NCBI RefSeq assembly: GCF_009914755.1
Contig: NC_060926.1
Strand: one strand, 5' to 3'
Origin: the human T2T-CHM13v2.0 reference genome, Homo sapiens
DNA: 64,000 bases
Part shown: positions 13,410 through 29,730 of the stretch, in pieces
Position numbering within the stretch: the stretch's first letter is position 1
How the letters are laid out: each line of letters starts with the position of its first letter
Notes under the pieces: generated by a model
What the model was told of the DNA's origin: nothing
Database searches by the model: none
What the model saw: only the letters and a program-made list of their open reading frames with translations
Program-made: the position numbers and the translations under genes

Positions 13410-14188
13410 ATGTGCTAGGCTGGAGAACAGCCCCAAACACACCCACATTCAAATCCCTGGAACCTGGAACTATGTTACCTTCCACGGCAACAGGGATTTA
13501 GCAGATGTGATTAAGTTAAGGATTTTGAGATGATGAGATATCCTGGATTATCCAGATGGGCTTGATATCATCACAAGGGTCCTTATGGTAGAGAACCAGG
13601 AGGATCAGAATCAGAAAGTGGATGTGACCACAGAAACAGAAGCCAATGCACTTTGCAGGTGGAGGAAGGGGGCTTGAACCAAGAATGTAGTCAGTCTCTA
13701 CAAGATGGAAAAAGCAAGGAAATAGATTCTCCCCTAGAGTCTCCAGATGGAGGCCAACCCTGCCAATACCTTGATTTTGGCCCAATGAAGCTCATTTTGG
13801 ACTTCTGATTTCCAGAACTGTAAAAGCTAATACATTTGCTTTTTTTTTTTTTTTTTTTTGAAACAGAGTCTCACACTGCCTCTCCTGGGCTGGAGTGCCA
13901 TGGTGTGTTCTTGGCTCCCTGCAACCTCCGCCTCCCGGGTTCACACGATTCTCCTGCCTCAGCCTCCGAAGTAGCTGGGATTATAGGCGCACACCACCAC
14001 ACCTGGCTAATTTTTTTTTTTTTGTATTTTTGTATTTTTAGAAGAGACAGGGTTTCACTATGTTGGCCAGACTGGTCTCGAACTTCTGACCTCGTGATCC
14101 GCCCGCCTCAGCCTCCCAAAGTGATACATTTGCATTTTTAAGCCACTAAGTCTGTGTTTTGTTACAGCAATAATAGAAAACTTATACA
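13410..14188 (+). mobile_element. MLT1 (MLT1C/D-like) MaLR solo LTR interrupted by an Alu
   Basis: aatccctggaacc...gcagatgtgattaagttaaggattttgagatg...gttacagcaataatagaaaacttataca. Confidence 0.85.
13840..14123 (-). mobile_element. 5'-truncated AluS
   Basis: Lacks the first ~30 nt; 10-bp TSD atacatttgc at 13830-13839 and 14124-14133. Confidence 0.93.
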
Positions 14189-14599
14189 GATGGAAACTAT
14201 ATCGCCCAGAACCCTCTTTCCTGTATGTTCTGTTAGAGTTGGCCAGAAGAATTTAGATGAGATTGGGGAAGTGAGAGTGAAGCAGGAGCCATTCCTCTCT
14301 GGAGCGCTTTGTGATGAGATAAGATGCCCCACAGGGTCCAGGCCGACTTCACTGTCCGCCTCTGTGCCTCGCTCTGCTTCCAGACTGCTGGTCCTGCTGA
14401 CCCACAGCACCCCAGGCCTCCCTGCAGGTGCTTGGCTGTGAACCCACAGAGACCATGGCCACACCAAGGCAACAGCTTTCCTTAGACCTCCGGGCAAACT
14501 CCCTTCACAGAGCCACATCAGCACTTAACATTTGGCTTCCCAGATTCAATTGCATTCTCCAACCTGTGCTCCCACAGAGGATTAGCTAGATGATATCAG

Positions 14600-15760
<1,161 letters not shown>

Positions 15761-16879
15761 GATATTATTCTCCTAATAATCCTATTTGTCATCTTGGTTT
15801 AAGGAAGTGCAATGGAAGATTCTGCATACTTTGGGGGAGCAGTTCCCATATCACATGGGCTGTGTGTTAAAAATTCAGACTGCCAGCCCCTACCCAGGCT
15901 ACAGAATCAGAATGTCCAGGGTGGGGCTGAGGCAGCAGTGTCCAGGGGCACTCAGGGGTGCTGTGGTCATTTTTTCCCAGGTCATTTTCTATCTGAACCT
16001 ATTGGTCCATCCCAGAGCACCCAGCCCTCTGCAGATCCGCCAGCGTCGGTGGCTTCCTACTGCCCTCTTGTGGCCGGTTTTTCTACCCAAACTGGGCAGA
16101 GTCTGACAGCCAAGCGCCAGGGAGTAGACAGAATGTGTTCTGGGATCAGGGGTCTGTCTGGATTTTGTGGTGGCTCCGAGGACCTGCATAGTTGAGCTAG
16201 ATGCCAAAACATGACACCTAGAACCCACTAGCTTGTCTGTTATTTTTGTTGAAGTCCTATGGATCCATAGACCCCTCCTGGCTGCTCCAAACCCTCGTGT
16301 GCTTGGTCCCCCCCACCCACAGGGATCCCCTTTCTCTGGGTTCGCCTTCCCACCCACACCTGTCATGCACACACACCTTCCCTACATTATCTGGTCTTCA
16401 TTTCTGCCTAAACAAATATGTATGGTCTAACCAGATCTCTGGTCCTGGTCTCTGCTGGACGATCTTATTCTGTCCTTCGATTCCACAACACCAGGGCTGT
16501 TGTGAGACAGATGAACGCTTAAGACCAGGACCCAGTTGGACACACTCAGTACCTACTGCTTTCTCACCCCCATTCTCCTTTCTATTCCATTTCGCTTTCT
16601 CTTCCTCGATCTGTCAGGGTTTCTAATCCTGACAATGAGCTTGAAATGGTCAGGTTTACTCAGAGAAAAAAAAACAAAACAGGCAATTGGTATCACTCAA
16701 AGAAGAGCCTAGACCAGGTCTCAGGGGCAGATTCCAAGTATGTAGAGTCCCCACTCACTCGCCTTACCTCTGTCCGCAGCTCAGACGCCGTGTGAATCCT
16801 AAATTTAGACCCTGCTATAACATGTGGCTACTGACCTCCAGAAAGGCTCCTCCCCAGAAAGTCATAACCCACCCAAGGG

Positions 16880-17135
16880 AAGGCAGTGCAGTATAATGAT
16901 TAAAAATATGAATTTGGAATGATAATTTCATTGGAATCTCTGTTTGCTTATATGTTGGGTGGGCTTGGGCCACTTATTTTTACATCTCTAAACCTCAACT
17001 CCCTCATCTGTAAAATGGGCTAATGATATTTAACTCACAGATTGTTGTGATTATCAAATGAGACACTGCATTTTTAAAATGCTTATCACATTTCATAACT
17101 AGGAAGCACTTAACAGACACTGTCATTATTCGTTA
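16880..17135 (+). mobile_element. MIR
   Basis: MIR core (cctcaactccctcatctgtaaaatggg...ttgtgattatcaaatgag). Confidence 0.75.
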
Positions 17136-17658
17136 TGAAGTCCAGACTTTGTAGGACTCAAAGGACTCTATCTCAGGGGTGGAATCATCTGGAGCCCTGG
17201 CACCATCGGTTGCCCAAGGCTCCTTTCTGAACAGCCAGGTCCCTGGGAATTCTCTAGGGAATGAAGTTGGACTTCATTCAAACTTCATTCTTCTTCTTTG
17301 AACTCCACCATGATTCTGGCCTAGAGGCTCTGACCTCCCGCCCAGAGATCACACTGCCTCTCCTCAGTCTCATCCTGTCAATCAAGTCGACTACAGGACC
17401 TGCTCAGTCAGGAGCGTGCACTCCACTTTCTCTTCTATTCTCCTGCTGGCTTCCTCTCCTCCACCACCCCTTTCCTCTCACTTACTTTCAGCTGCCAAGA
17501 ATAAGATACTGTTTTACCCACATCTATCTACTGTCACTCAGTCGGGGACTGGGGCTTCCTGAATCAGCACAACTTTTTCTAATTAGGTTTGCCATAGTTG
17601 CATGCTTCAAATGTAGTGGTTGAATTCCTCAAAGAAACTCTTCAGGAGGAAGGAAGGG

Positions 17659-18602
17659 TGTGGCAGATTATGCCACCCCAAAATATGCCACTTTGGCGTG
17701 TTAAAAAAAAAAAAGAAAACCACTTCAGCAGAATTAAATTTAAGGGAGTTTAATTGAGCAATGAACAATTCACAAATTGGGCAGCCAACTCAGAGAGACT
17801 CCAGGAGTGCCTTGTGGTCAGAACAAATTTATAGACAAAAAAAAAGTAAAGTGACATATAGAAATAGGAAGTGAGAAACAGCCTGACTAGCTACAGCTTG
17901 GCGTTTGCCTTATTTGAACACAAGTTGAACACTCAGCAGTGTATGAGTGGTTGAAGTATGGCTGCTGGGATTGGCCAAGACTCAGTGACTGTTACAGGTG
18001 CATACTCCTAGTTAGGTTTTCAGTCTCGTCTACCAGTTAAGCTAGGTTGCAGTTCATCCACAAGGACTCAAATATAGAAGTACAGAGTCCTTCTCAGGCC
18101 ATATTTAGTTTGCTTTAACAGACGTAAGGATTATTCTGAGCTGATGATAATTAAGAAGTGGACAGAAGAAAAACTCTGCTCTCCTTTTTTCTTCCAGGAA
18201 GGGCAGGACAGTTCTTAGTCCCCTGAGACAACCGTAGATCCTATATCCCACACACTAGACCAGAGGAACAAACTTGACCAACCAGCCCTTACCGTCCATG
18301 AGTTTCCCATTTATCTTCCCACAACTTGCTACCCCATGAAGTCCAGAGTGCTTTTCCTTTCTCTTGTTAATTCTCTACAAAAGTATTGGGTTTTTTTGTT
18401 AAGATGTTATATAAGCCCAAGTTCTAACAATCCCTTTGAGTTACTCATCTCTAGGTACCTCCATGTGTATGTGTGACACATGCTAATAAACTTCTGTTTG
18501 TGTTTCTCTGGTGAAGGTGCTTTTTTGTTAGTCTAATATACAGGGCCTCAGTGGGAGAACCTAAGATGGCTAGAGGGACAAGATTTGCTTTCCTCCCCTA
18601 TA
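17659..18602 (+). mobile_element. ERV1 solo LTR (MER34/MER39-like), host of MER57
   Basis: Starts TG; ccaccccaaaatatgccactttggc|taaggattatt is continuous across the insert; AATAAA near 18485; ends ...ctcccctata. Confidence 0.75.
17699..18120 (-). mobile_element. MER57A-like solo LTR
   Basis: Minus strand begins TGTTAAAGCAAACTAAATATGGCCTGAGAAGGACTC; 4-bp TSD ggcg/gacg. Confidence 0.85.
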
Positions 18603-20585
18603 AAAGCAACCCAGGGGTGGGTAGGAGGAAGAGGCAGGTAGTGCTCTGTTGGGAAGTTCTCTGTGCACAAGTTCAGCATCCCTAGAAGGCCTCTACTCCT
18701 ACCCTCAGTCCTGCTTTGTTTATTCAATGCTTTCTTCCTCCTGTCCTCCCAAGTCAAGTATCTGCGTAAGGCTACCTCCTACTTGAAGTTAGCAACCCCT
18801 GGGCTTTTGACATGGCCCATTCCTACAAATGATGGCATTGATTAGAATTCACACTCAAAGCAAATTTTGCCTGATTTATTGGAGAAGTTTCCTTAAATCC
18901 TCCTTCTGTTCTATGTCCTCTAGGCCATTGAGCCTGGAGTGTCATTGAGAGTACTGTGAGCAATCTTGCCTTGCAGTTAACCACTTAATAAACTCTTTAT
19001 TCATAAGTAGATGTTGGGGGAAAAGGATAACTTCACAGTAATCACATAAGGACTGGATTATGGCCCCAGCTCCACACTCATTGGCTACGTGATCTTTGTA
19101 AGTCATTTTCCCCTCCCTGGGTTCCTCATCTGCCAAATGCGAAAGCTGGGCTGGATGGGTAAGAGCCCTCTTCCAGCTCCGATGTTTCAACATCAGGTTC
19201 GCCCGCACACTAGAAACTCAGATTTGCACTGCGCTTCTGAGAAGCTCCAGTCCAGTCATTCAGACAGTCTGATTTATCCCTCGATACCACTTCAAGGGTA
19301 GGTTCTTGACTTATCTAAAACTCAGATACCAGAGGATGACTTACTTGAGGTTACAAAGTAAATCACTGTCAGAGGCCAAAACAGCAACTCAGCCTTTCCA
19401 ACCAGCTTTCCTCCATCAAGACAGCCCAAGGAGAAAACAACCCTCAATGCCACCCCCATACTGGATAAGTTTGTATCCATGCAAAACTCCTTTTAACTGA
19501 CATTTTAACTTTCAAAATTGTGTGTATGTAAACATGTAGCCCATCACCATTCAAAACTCTCCTTTAACTGGTACGAAAGAGCATTTGAAAATTGTAATGA
19601 AACTGTATCTGTCAGCTTTTTATTTCCATTTAAAAAATGAAAAACAAGACAAAAAAAAAACAACTAGAAACTGCAGTTTAGATACACAGCCCACACACCG
19701 AGCAGGCCCCGATGGCACTGATTCAGTGTGGGGTGGTTAGTAATTGGCAGCTCTTCATTTTAGAAGCTGCATGTGTTATACACAAAGCTCGCTGGTACAG
19801 GAATCAACACTGGCTCAGCCCCTAGTATCAAATCCTCAAAGGCCACTCAGACTCCCAGAAGGGAAAAACCCTGAAAGCCAACATTTTTTCCCAAGGCAAC
19901 ACTATATTATCTTTGACATTCTGTTCCCTTGTCTAAGAAAAGAGAATCCAATTCTTCCTGCTTTCCCAGAGCAGTATTTGAACTGTTAGAAGCAATACTT
20001 GTTTCTTATTTTCTTCTATCAAGATCACAACTTTCACGCAACTTTGTCAAAGTAAATTAGGGATTTTGCAAGAGCCAGTGGGCAGGTAGTTTCTTGTTAG
20101 ATATTTATGCCTAACTGTGTCACCATTATTTTTACAAATAGGCTTGTTCATCTCAGATGGTTCTCAGTAGTCGCCTAGGTAGAAAAGCAAGCAAGAGCTC
20201 CTGAAACCCTCCGGGATGGAGTTGGGAGCTAGGGAAGCAGAAGTGCTAAGAGGGCCAGAGACCAGAGAAAGCTTGTGGTTGGGCCAAAAAAGGAACAAAA
20301 TGCTAGACCTTGAAACTAAAGGCCGTGGAAATGACCACAGACATCTGTAGCAAAAGCCAGAGCATGAACCCAAAGACAGAGGCGAAGGTGAGGGCTGGAA
20401 GCAGAAACAAACTCCTATCATGGGAAGTAAATGGGAACAGAGCATGGCCACATGGTGGATGAGCCTCCCCAAGAGCTTAAGAGCTTAGCACACCCCCAGG
20501 AACAGCAGAGAAAGTGAGCAGGCAGGGGAAGAGTCCCAGATTTGACTGAGCCCTTACCCAACAGAGATTTTAAAATCTGCAAGTA

Positions 20586-20886
20586 GGCCGGGTGTGGTGG
20601 CTAATGCCTGTAATCCCAGCACTTTGGGAGGCAGAGGCAGGTGGATCATTTGAGGCCAAGAGTTCAAGACCAGCCTGGCCAAAATCATGAAACCCTATCT
20701 CTACTAGAATTACAAAAATTAGCTGGGCATGGTAGTGTGTGACTGTAGTCCCAGCTATGGGGAGGCTAAGGCACAAGAATCCCTGGAACCCACAAGGCGG
20801 AGGCTGCAGTGAGCCAAAATGGCGCCACTGCACTCCAGCCTCGGTGACAGAGCAAGACTCTGCCTCAAAAAAAAAAAAAAAAAAAA
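20586..20886 (+). mobile_element. Alu (S/J type)
   Basis: Alu dimer, poly-A, TSD ending ctgcaagta. Confidence 0.95.
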
Positions 20887-21219
20887 CTGCAAGTAACTGA
20901 GTTACTTTGAATTGGCCATTTTAACTTCCTCCTCTGTATTGCTGGCCAGAATTAAGGGTTCCATCACTAAATACAGTTATGGATGAATAGAGAAAGTGAC
21001 ATTTCTGCATAGTTTAATTTTTTGACTGTGAAAGGCTTAACTGCTATACTAGCCACATTTTGTTTTATTGAAAGATGTTAGTAAATGTCTATAAAATATT
21101 TATTGCCCCCCACCAACAAAGCTAAGGCAGTTGTCAGCATCTCTTACAGCAAATCTAATCCAGAAGCATACTAGAATAATTTAGCTTTGACAAAACGAGG
21201 GATTTTTTTTCTTAGGATC

Positions 21220-21796
21220 CTGAGAGACCAGAATACACCACCCAGAAACATGCCTCTTTGGCCTCCAGATTGTTTTGTGCTGAAGGCAATTACAAAGAAG
21301 CAGATGCAAGAAAGCTCTCTGCCCTCCATCTATTTGCCTAAAAGCAGGACATAGATTTAGAAAGATAGATGTAGCCTGCCCCACCCTCTCTACCAGGGAG
21401 GACAAGAGTTAACCGCTGAAGACAACTTTGAACCGTTACTGGCCTGGAGATGGCACCACAGGAAGGTGCATTAACAAGCCTTACTAAGTTGCCTTTCTCT
21501 GCCATTTATTCGCTTTCTCCCAATTTGCTGCCCCTAGAGACTCACAGTCCTTTTTTTTTTTTTTTCTTGTCACTTCTTTAAAATTTTATTTTTCTTTGTG
21601 GAAGGTGCCATGTAAGCTGAAATTCAGAGCCACCTCTTTGAGATTACTCATTCCCTAGGCATCTCCCATATACAGGTGAAACATACATGTTAATATACTT
21701 CTGTTTTTCTCTTATTTATCTGTCTTTTGTCATAGGAGTTTGTTCTAACTAAGAACTTACAAAAATTGAGGAAAAAATTATTTTTCTTCCTCTACA
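21220..21796 (+). mobile_element. ERV1 solo LTR (MER34/MER39-like)
   Basis: tgagagaccagaatacaccacc...gctgaaggcaatt...ttcttcctctaca. Confidence 0.7.
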
Positions 21797-21797
21797 G

Positions 21798-22127
21798 CAG
21801 CAGTCCCCAACCTTTTTGGCACCAGGGATCAGTTTCATGGAAGGCAATTTTTCTACTACCAGGGATGGGGGAATGGTTTCAGGATGAAATTGTTCCACCT
21901 CAGATCATCAAGGATTAGATTGTGGTAAGGAGCACGCAACCTAGATCCCTCAAATGCACAGTTCACAATGCACAGTTCACAGGGTTCGTGCTTCTAAGAG
22001 AATTGAATGCCACTGCTGATCTGAAAGGAGGCAGAGCTTACGAGGTAATAGATCACTAGCTGTGGCCCCATTTCTAATAGTCCATGGACCACTACTGGGT
22101 CCGTGGCCCAAGGGTTGGGGAGCCCTG
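21798..22127 (+). mobile_element. MER1B-like hAT MITE
   Basis: TIRs cagcagtccccaacc / ggttggggagccctg; 8-bp TSD ctctacag/ctctacaa. Confidence 0.88.
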
Positions 22128-24039
22128 CTCTACAATAGAGCATATAGTAGAATGGACCAATATTCCTAATATGTAATGCTCTAGTCAGAGGTCAGACATT
22201 CTCACATTTAAGTCAAACATGGACATGTTTTAAAGAAAAATAAACAGAATCCTTATGTTGACTTATTTCTATTATGTTTCTTAAACATAAACTTGGTATA
22301 AAATTCTTATGTTTAATGTCCCTTTATAATTATACATGAAAAAATATAAATTAAATATAAACACTGCCAATATAATTCAAGTTAACAGCATTAATTGAAT
22401 GATACTTGATGCTGTTTTGCTGAAGGTAAATTGCAATTCCAAGGATGACTGACACTTCAGTGCAGTTTCTTGTCTGTTCAGTATGTTTATCCTACTACAT
22501 GCCCGGGGAACACCTGACGCTTCTGCTCTGTTTCTTTATTTTCTTAAGGCACAAAAAGTAAATACAAAGTCCAAGGGTCACTGTAGCTTAATCTGCATGA
22601 ATTAAGGGACACTTCCCTCTAGGTTCAAGGAGTTAGAAGTTCAGAGTCACTAGCTTTTTATCATTAAACTGGAGGAGGGCCCCATCACCACTCAAGGTTC
22701 TACCCTTTTGCCATATAAGGAAATTTGTGCTATGTCTCATCCCATTATTAGACCTACCCCATCCTTGCTGAGGTCAGCCACAGACCTTTCAATGGAAAGT
22801 GAATAAAAATGCATGCTTGGTGCAACTCAGCTTTGGAGCTATGTTTATATAATTTATTAAAAGAAAAGAGCTGTTGCATTCATCTATTAGTGTATACTTA
22901 TTACCTGAGTGTTTGCAACCTAGCATGAATAAATATGTTAACTTATTATTTCTCTTGGAAATTCAGTTTAACCCATTTATTTATAGGTATAGATTGGAAA
23001 GTCCTATGTCAAGACATTTTAAGTACCAGTAATATTTCCTGATGGTTGTGGGGAAAGAGTGAATTGAAAAGGAGAAAACTTAAACTATAACCCAAAATAG
23101 CCCTAAAAGTAGATCTGACATAGTCCTTATGGCATGTTTAAATCCAGAAGCGTTCATTTCAAATCTATCTCATGAGAGATGGAGCTGGTCTAGTTGGATA
23201 TTGGAGGTTTATTCCCAGAAGTATTTAGAAACTGAGAGGAACCCATCAATGATACCTGACACCTGGAGTCAGCCATGTCCTCCAGGCAGAGGGCAATTCA
23301 GTGAGTCCATATGTTCTGTCCATCCCAACTTTCTACCCACTGATTTCTTTCCTGCCAAAGTACTGATGGAGTCACCTCCTCAATGTACCACATAAACCCT
23401 CTCCTCTATCACAAGAATCTCAGGAGTGTTTTTTGGCTAATTCAACAAATTCTTGGAGCCAGCATACATCAACTGCCTTTCTTAACCTCCTATATTACTT
23501 AAGCCCCTATTAATGAAGTTTCTGGTGATATAATATGTTACTGAAACACATTCTTCTTTTTAATACAGACATTCCTCCTTAAAGTGGAAACACATGCTAG
23601 CAGGAGAGCTAGTTCAGGCCCATGATGGGTATCCTATGCCCTGGAATCCATTATGAGGCTAGAATTACTCTCAGGAGATAGACAGGAAATATCTGGGCCT
23701 AAACCATTTTGATATGAAATTGGGTTTAGAAATCTGACTCACTTTTATTGAAATATCTAAGGGAAGCTACCAAATCTTAATGAAGAAATTTTGTTTTCTC
23801 TCCCACAAGTTTCCCTGCACAGTAGTCATTTCTCTCCCTTTATGGCTGTTTGACAAAAGTTGTGTCCCACAACAGAATTGGAAATGACAGTTATTTCTTT
23901 CCTGAAACAGTTCCCTTTCCGCTACAGCACAGGTATGACCAGTTACAGCCACCAAGACATAAGGAAAGTGTGGAGAAAACGTTCCTCATTAATAAAAAGA
24001 AAGAGATGTAAGAGGAGAGTTTCCTTCTTCCCTTCTGCC

Positions 24040-24306
24040 TTTAGAAGAAAGTGTGAGGGCATGATTTCTGAAGCTTTGGTAGCCACTTTGCAAACATGAG
24101 GATATAGGCCTAGGATGAAAGCCAACCAGCTGTGGGTAGGAACATGGAATATAGAAAGAGTCTGAGTTCCTAATGACAGTATTGTGATGCTGGATCAATC
24201 CAGCCTTTAGACTTTTTGTGATTTGAGATAATAAACACTATAAAGTGTTTAGGCCACTTCCACTTGATTTTCTGTTACTTGGAGACAGAAGCATCCAACC
24301 AATACA
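24040..24306 (+). mobile_element. Old ERVL/MaLR LTR 3' part (LTR33/LTR16/MLT1-like)
   Basis: Ends tttctgttacttggagacagaagcatccaaccaataca with an upstream AATAAA. Confidence 0.55.
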
Positions 24307-24365
24307 TTAACAACTCACAATAAAGGATCATGAATTCCCCAAACTTGTTAAAATGGAAAAAAACT

Positions 24366-24650
24366 GTTTTTTTATTGTTTGTTTTTTTGAGACAGAGTCT
24401 CGCTCTATCACCCAGGCTTGGGTACAGTGGCATGGTCTTGGCTTACTGCAGCCTCTGCCTCCTGGGTTCAAGCAATTCCCCTGCCTCAGCCTCCTAAGTA
24501 GCTACGCCTGGATAATTTATGCATTTTTAGTAGAGATAGGGTTTCACCATGTTGGCTAAACTGGTCTCAAATGCCTGACCTCAAGTGATCCACCTGCCTC
24601 AGCCTCCCAAAGTGCTGGGATTACAGACACTAGCTCCTACACCCAGCTGG
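24366..24650 (-). mobile_element. Alu with internal deletion
   Basis: Antisense Alu missing about 20 nt of the right arm. Confidence 0.92.
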
Positions 24651-24826
24651 AAGAAAAATGTTTTAATTTGGGTTATCTTCCTTCTATGTTTCCACTGGAT
24701 TTAGAAATATTGGACAGGAAGAATCTGGCAAATGAGAATTCAGATAGTATGATTAGACATTCATCACAATTATTCAACAAATTTTAGTTTACTTGTAATA
24801 ATCTCTGCCTTAGTCTGGTGAGGCTG

Positions 24827-25181
24827 TGATATGGTTTGGCTGTGTCCTCACCCAAATCTCATCTTGAATTCCCACATGTTGTGAGAGGGGCCTGGTGGGA
24901 GGTAATTGAATCACGGGGTCAGGTCTTTCCTGTGCAGTTCTCGTGACAGTGAATACGTCTCATGAGATCTGATGGCTTTACAAGGCAGAGTGTCCATGCA
25001 CAAGCTCTCTCTTTGCCTGCTGCCATCCAAGTAAGATGTGACTTGTTCCTCCTTGCCTTCTGCCATGATTGTGAGGCCTCCCCAGCCATGTGAAACTGTA
25101 AGTCCATTAAACTTCTTTCTTTTGTAAATTGCTGAGTCTTGGGTATGTCTTTACTGGCCGTGTGAAAAATAGACTAATACA
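24827..25181 (+). mobile_element. THE1 solo LTR
   Basis: TGATATGGTTTGGCTGTGTCC...GACTAATACA; 5-bp TSD ggctg. Confidence 0.93.
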
Positions 25182-25279
25182 GGCTGCCATAACAAAAATA
25201 TCATAGCTGGATGCCTTAAACAACAAACAGTTATCTCTCACAGTTCTGAAGGCTGGGAAGTCCAAAATCAAGGTGCCAG

Positions 25280-25953
25280 TGAGATGGGATAGTTTCCTTG
25301 ACCCCCTTTGTGGGCGGGAACTGGAGTGGCTTGTTTCACTCAGCCCATCACTGGCCGCTCCTCATGCGAGAGGGAGCGTGGGAGCGTGCGAGCAAGCGAG
25401 TGCAGGAACGGGAGGGAACGAGCGCTAGAACAGGCCGGTCACTCCTCTGGCGGGAGCAGGCTCTGTGTGGGCCCCATAACAGCATCCAAGCCCCTGCCCT
25501 CTGGGCACCTGGGTTCTTGTTCGGCATCCAGGACATATCGGGTCACACGAACAGATTGAAGGGTAGCATATGCGGAGGATTTTACTGGGTGATGGCTCTC
25601 AGTGGGATGGGAGTTAGAAAGGGGATGGTGCGGGAAGAAGGTGATCTTTCCCTGAATCCACACCGTCTGAAATTAGCCGCCATCTATAGATAGTCTGCAA
25701 CACCCAGCCACTTATATCCCTGACATTCAGCAACTGGTATCCCCAGCGCTCAGCTGCTTGCATCCCCAGCCGTTTGCATCAGCCGCCTTGTGTTGCTCTG
25801 CCAGCTGAAGTCTTTTTATGGGCAGAGGATAGGGTTATGGCAGGCCAAAACAACAACATTTGGGCAGAAAAATGGGGTCAGCTGTTTTCAGTTAGGGCTG
25901 AGGTTCCAGGCTTGAGGGTGGGGTTTAGCTGGGAGCCCAGCCATTCTGTATCA
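25280..25953 (-). mobile_element. ERV1 solo LTR (LTR27-like)
   Basis: TG...CA ends; minus strand starts TGATACAGAATGGCTGGGCTCCCAGCTAAACCC; 4-bp TSD ccag. Confidence 0.75.
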
Positions 25954-26846
25954 CCAGCAGATTTGATGTCTGGTAAGGGCCCACTTCCTGGTTCACAGAC
26001 TGCTGTCTTTTTACTGTAACCTTATATGGCAGAAGGGGAGGTGAGCTCTCCAGGTCTCTTTTATAAGGGCACTAATACCATTCATGAGGGCTCCACCCTC
26101 ACGGTCTAATCAATTACCAAAGGCCTCGCCTCCTAACCCCATCACATTGGGAGTTAGAATTTCAACAAATGAAGTTAGGTAGGGGATATACAAGCACTAC
26201 ACTCTCAATGCTTTGACTCTCTAGATTTAAAAATGTTTCCTCTGTTTTTTTTTTTAAATCATACTCTCCCAGGCCCACTTTCTTTCCTTACAGTTTTATT
26301 GTGTCTACCTTCTGTAACACCCTCAAGACAATATTCCAGAGAGCTCTCTTCTTTCAAAAGAGCTTCCCCACCTGGTTGCTATTTTCTCCTGTTCTCTTTC
26401 TCTTTCCACTCCTCCAACCCTGTTGAAGGCATCTCAAACCACAGGCTTTTATACAAACCACAGAATACATGAGAATTTATATTTTTAAAAAATCTTGCCT
26501 GAATATGCCAGCAATTGGCAGTTACTGTTAAGGTATTCTTAGACTCCATAATACATGAACATTGAGTATTAACTTGAACCTAAAAATTAGGATACCGTGA
26601 TTGAATAGACAATAATATTGCTTTAAAATTCTTCAGTGCAAGGTATCTCTTAATATAATTATGTTAATGTGTTATAGTATATATAGCATGAAGCACTAAA
26701 GACAGTATGTGGAAAGATTACAGAGAGATTGAAGAAGACATTGTCCCATATATATACCTCCCATGTGCTTTACATCCACTGTTGTGTATTTCAGAGTTCT
26801 ACATCTTGTCTTGGCTACACATTCCCTCCAACTCTCCCTTGGTTGG

Positions 26847-27275
26847 TGTGGCAGACTCTGTGAGCAAATTAACCCAAAACCATTCCAAACCTCCTTCTCT
26901 CTTTCATTCTCCTACTCTTGAGGTCAGAAAGCCAGGTACCTGGTTTCCAGCTTCTCTTGCAGCTGGGAAAGGCCATGTGTTCTATTTCCGGCAAATGAGT
27001 TGAAAGGATAAGTTTCATGGGGGGTTTCTGAGATAGCTTTTCTTTCCTGACAATTGGCACCATGTCTTTCTCTCGCTTCTTTCTGCCTTAAGCAAGAAAA
27101 GCACTAGGACAAAAAGCCAAAGCTGAGACTAATACAACTGAAAGACAGAGTCTGGCTTTTGATGGCATCATTGATTGATGAATCAATGCCAGCAACCACT
27201 TGCCTCTTTTTAAAAACGACTGTTAGACTATCTTGCTGTTGTTACTTGTAGTTGGAAGAGTTGTTAACTGATCCA
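26847..27275 (+). mobile_element. LTR16-like ERVL LTR
   Basis: tgtggcagac...tttccagcttctcttgcagctgggaaaggccatgtg...gttacttgtagttggaagag. Confidence 0.6.
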
Positions 27276-28315
27276 TCAATATTTTTGTACCTTCTCCTTC
27301 AGGCAAAAATTGTCAGGCTCGTTACATTTAGAGCACATGGCCAGACAGACCCTCAAAATTATCAAATACAATCTCTACCATCAACATTAGATATATAATT
27401 CCTGTTAGATAAATGCTTCATCCTAATATCATCATCCTTTTCCTAGAGATTTACAACTGCTAATGGTGAGCATGTAACTTTTACCCATGAAATGTTCTGC
27501 ATGTATAGAATTCAGAGGTGGAATAAGAAGTATTCTAACTATTGAACTTAGAAAGCAGCAAGTTCCATAGGCTAGGGAAAACACATCACATTACCATCTG
27601 AATTTTAAGACTCTGGCAGAACTAGAAAGTCCATATGGGCAATGGAGAAGGTCTGTTGCCTCAAAATATTAGCTTATATATAACCCACATTTTACCAAGA
27701 CTCCCTAAATTGTGGGTAGCAATAACATTGCGTTAATATACTCATTTGATGGTTTCTTATCTTCAGTTGCTAATACAGGATCTCAATCCCCCCAAAATTA
27801 GGATACCCCAAGCATTTCTGTAAGTCCCCAGTGTAGGAGCAGAAGGAAAGCTTCCCGTCTGCTCACTGCAGTTTTGCTGAAAATGAACTGACAAAAGGCA
27901 GATTAACAAGATAAAAAGGGATACAAATATATTTAATGTACATGAGGGAAAATCACAGGAGTGTGATTACCCAATAACCCAGTGAGGTCCAGATACTTAT
28001 ATGCCCTTCTTCATAGGAGATGGGGAGATAGGGGTTGCAGGAGTAAATTATTTTCAGGGAAAATAAATGATCCCAAAGAACAATGGCCTGGGACAAAGTT
28101 CCCCTGAGCTCTGGGGGAGGAGACAGGCAGGTGAGGGGTAGAACTTTATGGTGAACAAAGGTTGTCTTATTATGCAGATAAAGTCCTCCAGGTAATCTCT
28201 CAGAATTGCCCTCAGAAGAACAGATGAGAAGTCTGGGTGTGGTGAAGACCCCCAGTCTCTTCACTTCTCCAGTTGTATATATATATACATACACATAAAA
28301 CCATATATATATTAA

Positions 28316-28744
<429 letters not shown>

Positions 28745-28773
28745 TAAGGAAATTCCAGAGACAGTCCCTCCTA

Positions 28774-29730
<957 letters not shown>

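Larger units (their letters stand above)
24806..26200 (-). mobile_element. MLT1A-like MaLR LTR split by two LTR insertions
   Basis: Fragments 24806-24826, 25182-25279 and 25954-26200 join to give ...ggctg|ccataacaaaa...caaggtgccag|cagatttgatgtctgg... Confidence 0.85.

Noticed and set aside
21953-21980. 14-bp tandem duplication aatgcacagttcac
   Set aside because: Ordinary slippage duplication within MER1B.
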